A DNA stretch of 64,000 nt from Antedon mediterranea (Eukaryota > Animalia > Echinodermata), in NCBI RefSeq assembly GCF_964355755.1, contig NC_092680.1, positions 7,874,001 through 7,938,000 on the forward strand, read 5' to 3'. Below are positions 40,301 to 54,844 of this stretch, one piece after another. Within the stretch, counting starts at the first letter, position 1; each line of letters opens with the position of its first letter. A program made the translations under genes and the position numbers. The notes beneath the pieces were generated by a model. That model was not told the DNA's origin. It saw only the letters and a list, made by a program, of their open reading frames with translations, and made no database searches.

Positions 40301-40715
40301 ATTGTTTGATGTTATTTGGTGGTCTACTGACTGCTTGAGTATTTTTGTAGGTTAAGGTAGAAATAGAAAAAACAGTCAGGTGATCGGAAATGTCGCAATA
40401 GAGCTGATCACTAGCGAGGTGTATATCAGGTTGGTTGGTCAATATGTTATCAATAAGAGTAGCACTATTTGATGTTATCCTAGTAAGTCTAAGTATTAAC
40501 GGTAAATAAAAGTTGCTAAAAAGAGTGTTCACAAAATTGATAGTTGTAGTTTCATAAGTATATTGCAAAATATCTATATTGAAATCACCTAACAGATATA
40601 CCGGCTTATTTTCAATTGAAAGAGTATGAAGTAAATTATCTAGGATCCATTGAATACATTGATATTCAAATTGAAAAAAAAAAATTATTTGGAAATTGTC
40701 TACCACCAGACCAGT
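37352..40715 (-). mobile_element. Degenerate 5'-truncated LINE of the CR1/L2 group (APE endonuclease C-terminus plus RT), antisense in intron 1 of gene B
   Basis: Frameshifted fragments with LLGDFNID, TLIDNI, SDHL (APE), KPWMS, VDLSKAFDTINH, GVPQGS, YADDT, PKIWNSLP; 3' end with AATAAA and (GAAAT)n tail near 37352-37390. Confidence 0.9.
39145..39716. mobile_element. Non-autonomous TTAA-targeting DNA transposon (Kolobok-like) inserted in the LINE
   Basis: Non-coding block interrupting the LINE ORF; TTAA at 39141-39144 and 39717-39720; imperfect TIRs AGGCCAGGTGCGGGCA versus AGCTCAGGTACAGGCA (12/16). Confidence 0.7.
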
Positions 40716-43444
40716 GCTGTTTCCCACACAAAACTGTATTAACTAGGCCTAATCTGTGAGTAAGTACGATTCTTTAACTCCCTGGCCTGGGCTACCGTTA
40801 TAATAACAATAATATTATTACAGGAAAACATGCATGTGAAAGCATCACTGGTATTTACAAATGATGTTATATTTGTAATACTTTACTTTAGGTATGTGAC
40901 CGAAATTAACTTTCAGACTTGCGCTTGTTTTCATAAAATTATGAAACGTGAATTTATGAATAATGATCTGACTTCTTTTTGAGTTACTAATATTAAGACT
41001 ATGTTGGCCAAATAGGCTTAATGTATTTACGAAACAGCTCCCATGAAATGTCTGGTCATTTTAGTATATAATAATTTATTGTTGTTTCACATCCAAACCA
41101 ATTTGGCATCTCTTATCTACGGACAATTTCTAGGAGTTTATTATAAAAACCTCCATGGCTTAAAAAAAAAGTAAACAGGCCTTAAATACATTATACATCA
41201 CACTGTTTCTGTTATTTATGTTTGCGTGCAGTTTTGCGTGTGTGTAATTGGAATCGAATATGAAATTTTCAGGCAGTTTCACTTTAAATATTTTTTTGCT
41301 ACTCGGAGACTGCGGCAATTAACAAACTCATAGAATAATAAATAAAGAGGCATACAACATAAGTTCTGGCTTAAATAGTTTAATTAGTAAATGAACATTC
41401 GCCCATGTAAAACTGCACATAAAAGTCATAAGCAAATATAAGTTATATATAGCAATAATTTTCCAATTCTAAGTAAGCACAACAGGGATGCTCAGAGAAA
41501 AATAGCCCTATTGCCATAAGTGTCATAATATTGGGCGGGAGGGAGGGAAAATTGTCTTCAACTTAATGTGATCGTATTAACAGAGAGGATGCTTGATCAA
41601 AGAGGTCGAAATCCGCCCTCTCCGTTCTCAAAATATAGAATTGTGTTCCCAACCCAATTCTTGATTATATTTACATCAATATGGGATGTATACTTGCCGT
41701 TTCATAATGTTTAAACCTCGTAAAAACGAACGTTGATTGAATATAATATATCATCCGGTTACACAAGTTGGTTTCAACAAAAGTGATAACGTAATCTTCC
41801 ATATTCCCAGTTAATGGCTTTGTTTGTTGAGCTGCAAATGTATCACGCAGGCTAACAAGTACGAAAGAATCCGGTCTCTATATGTAGTTGATAGGCACAT
41901 AAAACAAACACTGAAAACAAATGTACACGATAATTATTAGGCCTACTGATTTTTGTAAACCAAAAAAATGTTCAACTGTCGTAAAAAGTCGTTGCATCAC
42001 AGTAACACTGTCATACTAGTTGTTAATCAATCAACAACATAATTTGTTGATTTCGTCATCATATCTTGGGATATCATGAGTTACAGTGTTGATGTACAAG
42101 GAAATCGACTTTGTTACGAGTCACATGGGTAATGTAAATTACAACTATCGATAACTATTGCTGTACTACTTTCTAGTACGGTAATCATATTGAGAGTATA
42201 GGAGAGTTGCTATTCAAACGGAAGTGTACCATGACATGATTTTCTACCCATTGTGTATGGGTTCGAGTCTCAGTTGGCACGATTTTTATTTCCAGCTAAC
42301 GACTTGGAGTTTATGTAATTGAGATACACGCGTATACGACACTATCACAACGATTATCTATTTTAAAGCAAATGATGATCCGAACACTTTGGTGTTTGTG
42401 TTATGTCCAGTGGTAACTTAGGTTTAGCGATATACTGACTATTTCACCTCCAGGGTGGCGATAAGCACCTTTCCCCCACAGCCTAACGACTGTCACCAGC
42501 TCCCACCACTTCTATTTAATAATATTGTTTTACTGGCTTTAGTTTCAATTTAAATGAATGAATTTCATACAATCATGTTTAGTTTATTATTTCCAGTACC
42601 CATGCATGGTGTAATTATTATAATTACCACCTGTCGATATCAACGTAGCTGACCAACGGGAAAGCTAACACGGCTTGAAAAGTAACTTCGGTTATATTTG
42701 GACGATGTTAAAGATATTATCTTGCAAAAAGAAGCTAAAACTGCAAATTCTTATTTGACCTTTCGGATTTGATTTGAACTCATCGGAACCAACAACTATT
42801 TTAATTTAAAAAAGAAGTAGGATTAAGAAACCCTAGTTATTGGCAATGTATGTTAATATAACGGCCAACTCTTATGCTGAGGTGACAGGCCCTGCAGGAC
42901 ACCCTTTAAAAGGGTACTTTGTTGGATCCCAAACGTGTCCTCTTAATAGCCTTTCATGGACCATGACTCAAACATCTATATCTATTCCCAGTGCTGTATC
43001 TCCACTTACTATATTTCTGAGGCAATACCTCGGATACCTTGGAAATAGATACAGTACTGAGAATCGGCTGGCTGGAAAACCCTTGGTAAATTAAATAAAC
43101 ACACTAACAAATAAAAATGTACATGGTGCAACTGGATTGCCTCTCGCTATCAGTGTACACCTATGCATTTAATGGGTAAGAGTGGGTGTTATGATCTTTT
43201 CCAAACGTCACACCTTAGGTGTGTACGTGCTCCAGAAATGTATTTAAATACGTCACCGAAATTTTGGATTTACAACAAATTGCAGCTACCGGTTTCATCC
43301 CAAAGGAAACAAACCCATTTGATAGCAGTTAATCTTTTGATTGTGTTGTTAATTTAGAAGAATATTTATCGGTATGCGTTCATAAAACGTTTTTATAAAT
43401 GCATTGTATAAACATGGAGCTAATTGTATAGCTCCATAGTATAA

Positions 43445-43560
43445 GTCATTTTTTAATTTTTTTTTCAACAATATTTTACGAGGGTGGTCCATACAGCTAA
43501 AGCTGATCATTAGGGCCCTAAAAAAATACAACATGACATAAACATGTAACAATAAAAATA
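43445..43560 (-). mobile_element. LINE 3'-UTR fragment, inverted copy of 32380-32515
   Basis: Reverse complement reads CCCTAATGATCAGCTTTAGCTGTATGGACCACCCTCGTAAAATATTGTT plus an A-rich tail. Confidence 0.55.
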
Positions 43561-45076
43561 CATGTGACTAACATGTTTATTCTAGATAGTAAACCAATGT
43601 ACATATTGCCATTAATGCTCTTAATTTTTTTGTTTAAACCTGAAAATAACTGAAATAGTATTTACTAAAACAATTCATTATGATGTATCAGGACAAGTAC
43701 TCAAAGAATATGCAATGAAGTACTAATACGTGTCCACATATTATACAATATCTACAAAAAAAAGTATAAGTATCTTTATAATGATTGTGTTGACAAGAAT
43801 ATTATTGTAAAAGTTACAGAGTAACGGTAATATTTGCATAGCAGTGATGATTGTACACTCCCAGCGTGTACCCATTTACATTACAGGTAATTTTAGTAGA
43901 AATAATCTTGGATAAATCACTGTGTATCAATAATAAAACTGTACCAACTGCTGACTTCCAACTGGGAAAGAATTATAGGGTATTATATGATTATGCATGC
44001 TATTTTATTTCTATGTAGGTACAGCGCAGAATACCTGAAAACACGCGGGCAAAGATAAACAAAAAAGGTTGTATAGTTCAGCTCCTAAGCTCCCATCTTT
44101 ACCTTTTGATATAATAATTGTAAGAAGTAAAGAACATTTAGAAAATTATTTTGAGTAGACCACCTACTCGTCGTGATGTTGTATTACTGTCTAGTTTATT
44201 TTTGAAGAAGGTCAAAACAATGTCACAAACACAATTCTATTATAATAGCACTAACCCGCGACATTAAAAACACTATTCTCCTTCTAACCTCTTAATGGAA
44301 AAATCGGGCCGTTTGAGAAGGGACAACTTTTGATTCACCTTTGGCGAAACCAATTTTTTTGAACTAATTTTGGTTGCCACAGAAGTCGTCCATTAAATAG
44401 AAACTGCTATTAATACTTACATAAAGGCCAATGCAGGCCAACATGTTGTTATAGGTGTACACAATGAATTTGTTTTCATGTAATATATTAATAATAATTA
44501 TTTTGATTACGTTGGTTAAGTGCAATACAATACGGACATAGTTGGTATTATTCATCGAATAGGTCGTCAGGTAACGGTCTCACCAGGGTCATATATTATT
44601 ATAGAAACATTATACTTTAACAGTTCCCAGCCATCAGTGATTTATTGAGCTTAATGCTGGTTTACGATAGGGAATCGATATTATCCTATGGGAAAGGAAC
44701 ATTATCCTCCTGTCGATCAAAACCCAGAATGTTATTTGCATAAATTAACATTTTTATATTTTAGTGCATTTAGCCTAACTGATGATGGGAACAGTCGCAC
44801 GTTTATTTATGTGGGTTTATTTTAAACTATATATTAATTGGTGTTTACTACGGAGAAGTATTCAAGATGAAAAGCATAAAGAGAATTTTTTTTAAATTGA
44901 AAGCTGGATAACATATTTGGCATATTTTTTGTGTATTACAATATTTAACAATAAATGTTACTTGACACACAGGTGTGCTCAAAATCTGCCTTGTGTATAT
45001 TCATTCTGAAATTGAGGGGGTACGTTATCAATTTGATACACGTTGCGCATGCACAAGTGTGAAATACTATTATAGT

Positions 45077-45119
45077 AATACAGGTAAATACAGGTAAATA
45101 CAGGTAAATACAGGTAAAT
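45077..45119. repeat. (ATACAGGTAA)4 tandem repeat
   Basis: Directly visible 10-bp unit. Confidence 0.9.
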
Positions 45120-48100
45120 TATAGTTAAAAAGATGATTATTCCAGTGGTGGCGCCTGTCCCAACGGAGGGTCACAAAAGTATCATAAACATCAATATTAT
45201 ATAAGCATACCCATCAAATCATACTTTGTAGGGAATTTACATAATTAGGCTACATGTAAATGTTACTTGACACACAACTGTACGTAATATTAGTTATTAT
45301 GTATATCTAAAGAAAGGAGTTGTTAATTCAACTCCCCCTGCTTAACATTGTAAATCCCCCCTGACCAAGATACAAACCAAGCCTTAACAAATATAAAAAT
45401 AAGGTTGATTTGATTACTCTTCTCACCAACGGAAAGTATTAATGTTGATGCAATGTAAAAAAAACTCGGAAAATCTATTAGCACTGCAGGTGCTGTTAAG
45501 TATTTGACATTTCTGTCTCTTAAGTAAAGTCTTAAATCTTACAAGAAAATTACAGCAACGTCTTGGAAATTCGTAGCATTTTCATGTTCTCATTTGTATA
45601 AATATGAATAAACTGGGTTCAAAATATCTTTCTTAAAGTCGTCAACCCCAACACTTGAGATAAGCGATTCGAACCCGTAATCCTCTTGATTATGATCATA
45701 TTAATCCATTGGGGATTTGATGGTCATTCAAATACAAAACAATCGAAAACTCGGTTGTTTTGTTGCACCAGTCAACATACAATCGGACATCGAAAGTACC
45801 AGTAGTCTAAAGGATGTCTGCATATCAAGCATTCGATTCCGGCTTCGAATCTCGCTTATAAATCAGTATATAATTCATATATAAAATCAAATATTATATT
45901 ATTGTAAACTCAGCGGGCAAACACCATGTCTGAATCCAATTATAATATGAATGCCCACATGTCTCAAAACATACAATTGGTTTTTTTTTAAAGTTATACC
46001 CAAACAGTATAGGCTTATTAGCCAACGTAATTACGCGTTCCGCAAGTAATGTTCTAATCTAAAGCGACAGTGCGTCCATCACTTCTGATTGGTCAACGTG
46101 TATTGCCCGCACCTCCTATAGATTTTGACAATAAATTAGAGATCTTGTAGAGATAACCTAGATCTTACCCACCAAAGAATATATTCTTTGATACATAGTG
46201 GGAACCAAACGTTTTAAAAGAACAACAAAATGTATTAGTTTCAACGCACTTGTGTTGTTTGCAGACAAATTCTACATTTAAATGTCAGTGTATAAATTTG
46301 CCCGAAGATATATTCTAATTAGATTATTATTTTGAAAGACACTAAACACCATTGCACTTCCCATTGGGGATACCGATAATCTATAATACTGCTGTACACT
46401 GGCAATATCTTTGCGCTGGTGCAGCTTAAAATGTGCTTGAAGACAAATTACTCAGAGAACTGCACGGTTTCACATTAAATTGGGTTAAGCTGATTCCCAC
46501 AGCGCAAAGACGTGCACGCAACGCAAGTAGTTTGACCAATTACAGCAGTTCGGATAAGCTTGAAAGACAAATCGCTCATCATCTCATCAGATTACTTGGG
46601 CGATTCACGATTGCTTATTTAGTTGGGTAAAGCTTGTTTCTCTCTATGCGCAACGCAAGCACGTGCAGGTAATATATGATATGCTTAAGCAATATTACGA
46701 TGACATCGATTTGGTTACGCGTCGTTCCTACGCTGCGCAGTACGTACATACAACGATATGGGCTCATTTGACCAACCATAATCGACAGGGGCTCGGGTGA
46801 TGATTGGTGGTATCATTGTTGTTGTCAGTTAATGAAAATCGCCTATTGAAGATCACCACCTGTACACTTATAATATCAGTCTATGGATTTATTTAGTACA
46901 CCGTCATTATGTCAACACATTTTAAATGCTTATTCAATTGGGCCTTAGGCTTTGTTGTGTGCAGCATAGAAGGGCTGGGTTACGATGATGAACTAGTTCT
47001 TTTTCTTGTAAAAATTCCCTAATATAAAGCTCTGTCTACACTATCAAACTTTATGCAATAAAAAAAAATGTGCGTCATATTACCATATTTGTTTTTGTCA
47101 AACTAATTTGATGGTAAATCAAAGTAAATTGTATACCATTTTCTTGTGGGAGTAGCGCGACTAATCAGCGACAGAATATGTTGTCTCTTGTGCTGTTCCT
47201 TTGGCGCAATCAAACTATTTGTTTTCTGTTATTGTGTGAATTGGCTGTTACCGAAATTAATTTTTTTTAATGGATAAATAAATAAAAAATCCTCCTTGAA
47301 AAAACAACATGACATGTACGATATTCCAACAAAGCAACAAATTATTGTTCAAGGATAAAGATAAAGATACAACTTGTATGTAAAATATACTTGTGTTAGT
47401 TGAATGTTCATGCCTCAAGCGTGTACCTTAACCCTACGCCTTTCGATCATTGCTGAAACTTCTGAAAGTTTGTGAGTTTTTATGTGACGTCATCTGACAC
47501 TCATCGAACATTAGACAGTACGTGAGTTTTACAGAGATATATCCATCATGTTTGGAATTAAAGTATTAACGAAGGCTCATTCTTTCGGTTGTATAATGCC
47601 AATCATTATTATTGTTTGTTATGACAGATAAACAATTCAGATTCATTTTTTGAAATAAAAATCCTGTCCGCTGTGATTACGTTTGATTACATTCATATCG
47701 CTGTAAAATAACATTAGTATTTTGTAGTTAATAAATCAACGTCATTCTCTCTGGATTAATACATCAACAGGCATTATGTCTGAAAAATTAATGTACATTC
47801 TCGTATAATTTTGATGAGCATATAGGCCTACTTCGGACACGACTGTTTGTATCCACAAGTTCAAATGTGAAAGAACATCGTGTCACTGTTTACTCAAATA
47901 TATATTTTGATTTAAATTAAAACAAAGAAATATTTTTTCATAGATAAACTTAAAATTAAAAATGTATAATTGTTACCTAATCTGTCTTAATTATGTATAT
48001 GGTTATGTAAACAGTATATAATAAAATATAACCATGCAAAAAAAAAAAATAAGCCACTCCCTTCTTTGAAAGTATCACAATAACATTTTTTTATGGGCAG

Positions 48101-50904
48101 TGTTGTGTGTAGACGCAATTAATATTTATATGACCTCGATAAATGTATGTCCGTGTTGGCGTGCCATAGCCCTGCAGTGTGAAGCAGGTGTGCCTACGAC
48201 ATTATCGTTAATGATTCTGTTTCCTTTTATTAAACGTACAACTATAATATTTAATATTCGGACTTCATCAATTTCACATTGGGAATTAAATTGTCATCAT
48301 AGAACTCGTTAAAACTTGATTCGTCACCATATGTTAAAGGCGCCGAATAAATATAATTATTCAATAGGAGGCATATTCATTAATTCATTTCCTTTATATC
48401 GGAAAAAAATTCAGTGTGAATCCAGCGTACACGTCTAGACCTAGATACGACGTGCACCATCGATTAATTCTTGTCGTACATTGCCATTACCTTACGTTAG
48501 GTTTCCATCATTTTTTCGTATATTATTTAGGTTTATTATCATCATACTGTTATATTAATAATTTTTACTAATAACCCGGTCACACATAACGCAATTATTG
48601 CAGAGTCAGGTGTGATGATATATTATCACTACAAAATGCCTTGCAATATTAACCCTAATTTCCTAATAAATTAATAAAAAAAAAAGTTCGGTCATAACAT
48701 ATATTGTATTGCATTTGTAGGTTAATATCATAGTTTAGATTGTATTAGGCCTTCCCAACGATTGAACATATAACACGATTCTCATTGGAATTGTAACACG
48801 TGAGTTAATTAGAATTTAAAGAATTCTCCTTAAGAATTCGTCGAACATTTAACCAACCAAATGGTCGGGATCTGCAATTATTGATATTTATAGTATTATG
48901 AAAGGAATTGAATTAAAACGTGTTTTACACATATCCATTATACTATACTATAGAGTAAAATCAAAGGGGATATTAAGTTTGATTGGAGATATCAAAACCT
49001 ATTAGTGACGTGGTTATGGTTAATCTCAAATGTAATAATAATAGGGCCTATGGCAGAACAATGCACAAAATTTGATTTTGTAACGCCTGCAAATCTTCAC
49101 AACTCACTATTTATTACTAATACATACAAACATGTTTGTTTTTTAAATGCGGGGGAAGTTAATCTACTAATGGTTTACAACATTCATGCAGTAAAACAAC
49201 ATAATATTGGTAAAACCTTACATGGTTCCAAAACAACAAGCACTTAGTTTATGATTAATGTTACACCCCGTTCTCTAAATATGACATTGTCTGTCCAATG
49301 CAATAGGCAATATGTAATACATGTGACGCCTGTTACTAGTTAAGGTTAGGGCTAAGTTATAGACTTATGGCCTATGATACAGGCGTCCTTTGACATATGC
49401 GCCTCTGTTACATATGATAATGGGAAAATTATAGATATACATATCTTGAATTGGTTAATTTATGTAAGCCTACAATGTTACTTTCGCTTTATGAATCAAA
49501 AATGTTTTTTTACAAACTATTATGTGATCAGTTCAAATGTTATTTAAACTTTGAAATGTTACGAAACTGAACTGAAACATAATATAATGGTAGGCTTATA
49601 CATTTGTTGAACTGTTTTCCGACGATCACGTTAGGTAAATGAATAACATAATATGCCATTTAGAAAAAAGCAAGATTTAATCAAACAATTCCCAGTGCCA
49701 TACGCCTGTCGATTTCTATAATCTTTACCTACATTGCCTTTATAATTTATAACCAAGGCATAATTCAGTTGTTTACAGCTGGCCAGTACTGACGTACGGG
49801 TTTACGTAAGTTTTAGATAAGGGATCGGTGTAATAACAAATATATTTTTGTATTACATCAGTCATCATCAGTAGGGACTATCTCTTCTATGATATGACGA
49901 TATCTAATCATTTTGTTTTAAAGAAAATTAACTTAGGGCTTTTGTCTCGAATGTTTTATTCGCTATATCATTGGATTAGCTTCATTTTTCAATAAGAAAG
50001 CCTCGGGACATTAACTATATTTAATCATAGCAAATAAATATTCAAAACTGTATTCAGAAATTGTATTATCCAAAATGATATAAATGCAGACCCAATAGCA
50101 AAAAATAAAGGGTATATTTTGTTATTGTTTTTATTTCAACCGGGTTTAAGTTTGGTTCCCACTGGTTGGACACAACGCACGGACGTATAGCACAGAAAGT
50201 GATTTGACCAATCATAATGATCTATTTGCCTATAATCCCACCACCAACCAATCATCAGTGAAAGATGAAAAGATAAATGTGTTATGTGCAATTCCAATGT
50301 GTTTAAAAAAGTGGGTTATAAACATCGTGATATGTTGCCAAGATTGAATAAAACATTAGTTATTTTTAAGAATAAATGCCTTAACCCATCACAAACTATT
50401 TAGAATAGCATGACCTTCTTTTCGATAACTGTTATTCACGTCAATGTCGATGGTGTCGAACCGCTGTTGGCGTAGACATAACAATCAATACATTAACAAT
50501 GGAGAATGTGGCACATTAGCTAAATACACATACATCATAAAATGCTTATACAAAACACGTCTTGATGTTAAATCAATTGATTCAATCAAGTTCTGTATCC
50601 ACTCTGGTTTTCAATGTATTGAGATATGTTGGAGAACTCCTTGCAAAGAATTGTTATCGGAATTTTTATTTTTTTTAATTGTTGTCAATAAAACTGTAAG
50701 ATGTAAGAGGAAATCCAACTTGCAATTGATATGCCTGATAGGAATTATCTTGTCTAAAATGAAGCCTTATTCTATTAGTTTACGATCAACCGCCTTTATC
50801 CCAGATCATCAGTCGAATCCGGTTTAGTTTAAAAGAAATTGAAACATTAAAAGTGTAATAAATTTGAATATGCGGTTTTAAAAAGATAGTAAAATACAAA
50901 TCTC

Positions 50905-51892
50905 CAATTGGAAGCAACGCAACGACGTGTAGGGGCAAGGTGAATTGACCAATCAAAAGCGACAGTTCGGATGATCTATCGCGTCGTGATTGGTCAAATT
51001 GCTTGTGGAAGCTTTACGTCCTCCGTCACCGTCCACGTGGGAACCAAGCTTAACCAATGTCTTGTGCTGTCTTTATTCGATTGACGTTTTTTTTAAATTA
51101 TACGACTTGAGAACTGGAAAAAAAACATTCATTCTCTGTTATACATATATTCTACAATAAGGCAAAATATAATGAAGAGAAGACCAAAAAAAGCAGTGTT
51201 AATGAAAAAAAACACGTGTAACAAATATTATTGTTGAGATATCTTATTATTTTGATTGGATGCCAATTCTAAAAATATGATTTTTTAATCTAGTGCTTCT
51301 TTCATTATTGTGTAATTTAGCATAAAGCTTGGTTCCCAATAGGACGCAACGCAACAATGACGTAGAGCACCGCAACTAATTTGACCAATCACAACGCGAT
51401 GGATTATTTAAACTACTCTTGCTTGTGTAAAATCATTTGCGTTGCGTTCAAGTGTAAAACAAGCTTAAGCTTGGTTCCCACTAGAACGTAACGCAAGGAC
51501 GTAAACGCAACGCAAGCGTTTTAACCAATGACAAGCGAAGTTATAGACAGTTAGCAATCACAAGCGAATAAGCCATCGCTTGTGATTGGTAAATTCACTT
51601 GCGTTGCGTTACGTCCTTGCGTTGCGTCACCAGTGGGTACCACGCTTTAGCGGTAAAATAATTTATTTTCTCTGCGCGTACGTCAGGGTGTTGCGTCTTA
51701 AGCGTGGTTCCCACTAAAGCTTGGTTCTCACTAGAACGTAACGCAAAGACGTAAACGCAACGCAAGCGTTTTAACCAATGACAAGCGAAGTTATAGACAG
51801 TTAAGCGTGGTTCCCACTATAACGCAACGCAGCGACGTATTGACTTGTGATCACGCAATACAACACTTTGCGTTGTAGTGGAAACCACGCTT
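50905..51892. mobile_element. Cluster of family-1 MITEs in gene B intron 1
   Basis: Copies at about 50905-51050, 51326-51465, 51468-51646, nested 51700-51800 and 51804-51892; 51480-51646 is nearly identical to 3538-3704. Confidence 0.85.
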
Positions 51893-53016
51893 GAATAAGA
51901 ACGAGTCTGCTATTGTAATTGCTTTAAGTGTGAATCTGTGTCTACAGTAGTGAAACTCGAGTCAATTGTTAAGTTCAATAATTGTATTGTCTCAACTGGT
52001 TTAATCAACGTAATATTGCCCCACTTCCCAAAACGTTTTCAACCTTCACTTTAAGCTGTAAAATTATAAGGACTTCCAACGTAAGGTTATTGATATTCAA
52101 TTTAAGCAGTGTATTAGTATATCAATCGAGTTAAAATGATGATAACTAACTAGGAGGAATGCAGTTATTAATAAAAATTAGCTATTGTGCTGCAACAAAA
52201 ATTAATTTCTTATGGTTTCTGTTTGGTTTGTATAAAAACCAAATTTTAGTGACACAGATATATTTTGGTCTACTTATAATTTTCCGCACAATACGTGTGG
52301 TTACAAAAGGTTAGGTTGTATTACTATTTTCCTCTAATGGAACTTACTGTTATTCTAATTACGAGCATTCATCCAATCCATCCAATTTCTGACATTTTCA
52401 AATACCAACCTTTTCAATCACAGTGTCTTTCCAATTTTAATCTTAATACTTATTGTTAGCTAACTTGTCAGTAGTTGTCATACTAAGAGGGCGAATGGCC
52501 CGGGAACACCGATTGAACAAATGGTAATCTATTATGGATATTACAGTGATTCACGTACACATTTTTCTCTTTTTATAGAGCTTTGCTTAAAGACACCTTC
52601 CCTACAATTTGTGACGTTTTGTAAAAATAATACATATATATTACTTTAAAAACATTAAACCAGGTCATTCCTTGTCTTAAATGTATGTTTTATGGTAAAT
52701 TATGATAAAAAGTGATAAACAATGCACTACCTAAGTAGCTCACGGCGACTGACCTCTCGTGGACGGTCTTTAGGTCTAGCCTAGCTAGGCTGGATCAACT
52801 GCCGTTTTGGCTCCGGAGTTTTTTTTTGGGTTATTCCATTATTAAAGTGGGGGTGTGTGGTTATGAATATTGTGTGCATGTACGTCAATAGAAATGACAT
52901 TGAGAGCCCTCTTCTGTCAGTTGACTGGTTCCCGGTCTACCGCCTTGTAATTCCAACAACTTAAGAATATACAAAATGTTTACATAATTATATAACAATG
53001 TAGATCTATCTAATAA

Positions 53017-53597
53017 TGTTTTTATTTTTTTGCAGATAAAGGAGGATCATCAATAAAATAAAATGATAAAAATTCCAGGCATTTAATATATGGTTTACTG
53101 ATAAAATATAATGTACCAATGAAACAAACCTGGTGTTCTGAAACATATTTTAATAACTTTTGCCGGCCTAGCGCCTTTGTGTATCTAAATCTATCTAAAT
53201 AATTAAGTTAGTACAGTATTAACAAATAAAGGCTTAGGGTTATGTATAATAAAATGATAGAAATGAGGCATTATCTAATAATGTTTTTATTGATTTTTTT
53301 TCCAGTTTTTTATAGTTTTAAAATTCAAGTACCGTTTTTATAGTGTTATGTATCCTGTAAATGCTAACCTAAAAACGTTATCTGAATGTTTCTTTTTACG
53401 TTATAGAAATGTAATAAAATAACGGTTATTAGTGAACCTAAACATTAACCAAACACTAACGTTAGAAAACCACTATGTGTTTGCTGGACTGCCACAATGG
53501 AACAATAGACCTAGGCATCATGTTAAACAAAAAAATCACGTCAAAGCAGGGTGGAGACGGAATTTTAAGACAAAGGCGTTCTATACAAATGCAAATC
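53017..53597 (+). repeat. Left arm of ~580-bp inverted repeat
   Basis: Near-identical to the reverse complement of 56099-56674; ORF track shows the same peptide MNLNINQTLTLENHY on opposite strands. Confidence 0.95.
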
Positions 53598-54662
53598 ATT
53601 CATGTATACTTTTTGTACAAATTTTGTTTAGTTTCTTTATTAAAAGATTTTGATATGTTGTTATATATATAAATATTCTAATACATAGAATAGCAAAATT
53701 ATCATAATACATAGGATAGCAAAAAATAAACCAAACATAACAACAACAAAATTAAATTGACAATGTATTTTTATTTAGAAATTCATTTCAATAATATAAA
53801 TATTTTTTATTAAATTTCATCATTATTTACTTACAATTAATTAATTACTTAACTTACATTACAGTAACTGAATAAATGGTACATAAAATTACTAAATAAT
53901 TGCACATAAAATGCAGGTTATAATAAAGACATAAGTATACATATAATGGTACAGGTTATAAATATTTAAATTACGCTTTTTAAATGTAATTATAATAATT
54001 AATGATGAGAACACTTACGGTTACGAGTAGACATGTACATTGGTACATTACAGTACGAGCAATCCTTGGCAGGTGGATAAAAACCCCTTCGTTGGAAAAA
54101 GTCCAGGTAGTCATCAAATCCATTAAACAAATGTGGTCCTATCTTCGGCAGCATGGTCCTTGGTTTAAATCGCAGTAAAATCAAATCGAGAACGCAGTAA
54201 AATATCGGAGTTGTATAATATAGTTGAAAGTTTTTCGAAAAATGAGTGATTTGAAGACAACTGATCTTGGTTTATATACATGTGCCATATTTTAGTTTGT
54301 ATACATAGCTCCATGTCGGCATGAGTGATATTGTTATATGCTTTATTATGTAATATTGTAAGCTTCAATGAGACACCTTTGTGCAGCGATAAAAAAAAGT
54401 AAAACTATGCTACAGCGGTTTTTGTTTCTTAACCTGATTACATATATTTTATTAATATTTATTCTTCCCAACCATTTTTTTTTAAACTCAAAATTTGAAA
54501 CACTACCGTTTAGCTTTTTCATTCAAATTGAAGATTGAATTTAATGAAATTTTATGTACTGTACTCTTTAACAAATCAACATAACGGTACAATAGGTTAT
54601 GATTATTTCAAACCAAAATAGCTAGGTTTTTAAGGACTGATTTATCTTTAAAAAACGCCTAG

Positions 54663-54667
<5 letters not shown>

Positions 54668-54702
<35 letters not shown>
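54668..54702. repeat. (GA)n microsatellite
   Basis: Directly visible. Confidence 0.95.
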
Positions 54703-54705
<3 letters not shown>

Positions 54706-54844
54706 GCAATTACGTGTTGGAATAATACAGTAGTAACGGTACAATATATAATCATTTTGGTAAAGAAAATCGAATACTAGGTTTTTTAAGGTCTGATTAA
54801 ACCCAAGTGTGACGTCGTCTGGAAGCAGGAATTTAATATTCATA

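Noticed and set aside
42190-42500. B-box-like GGGTTCGAGTC (42259) and GGGTTCGAATC on the minus strand (~45670)
   Set aside because: No cloverleaf or clear A box; at most decayed tRNA-derived SINE heads with undefined boundaries.
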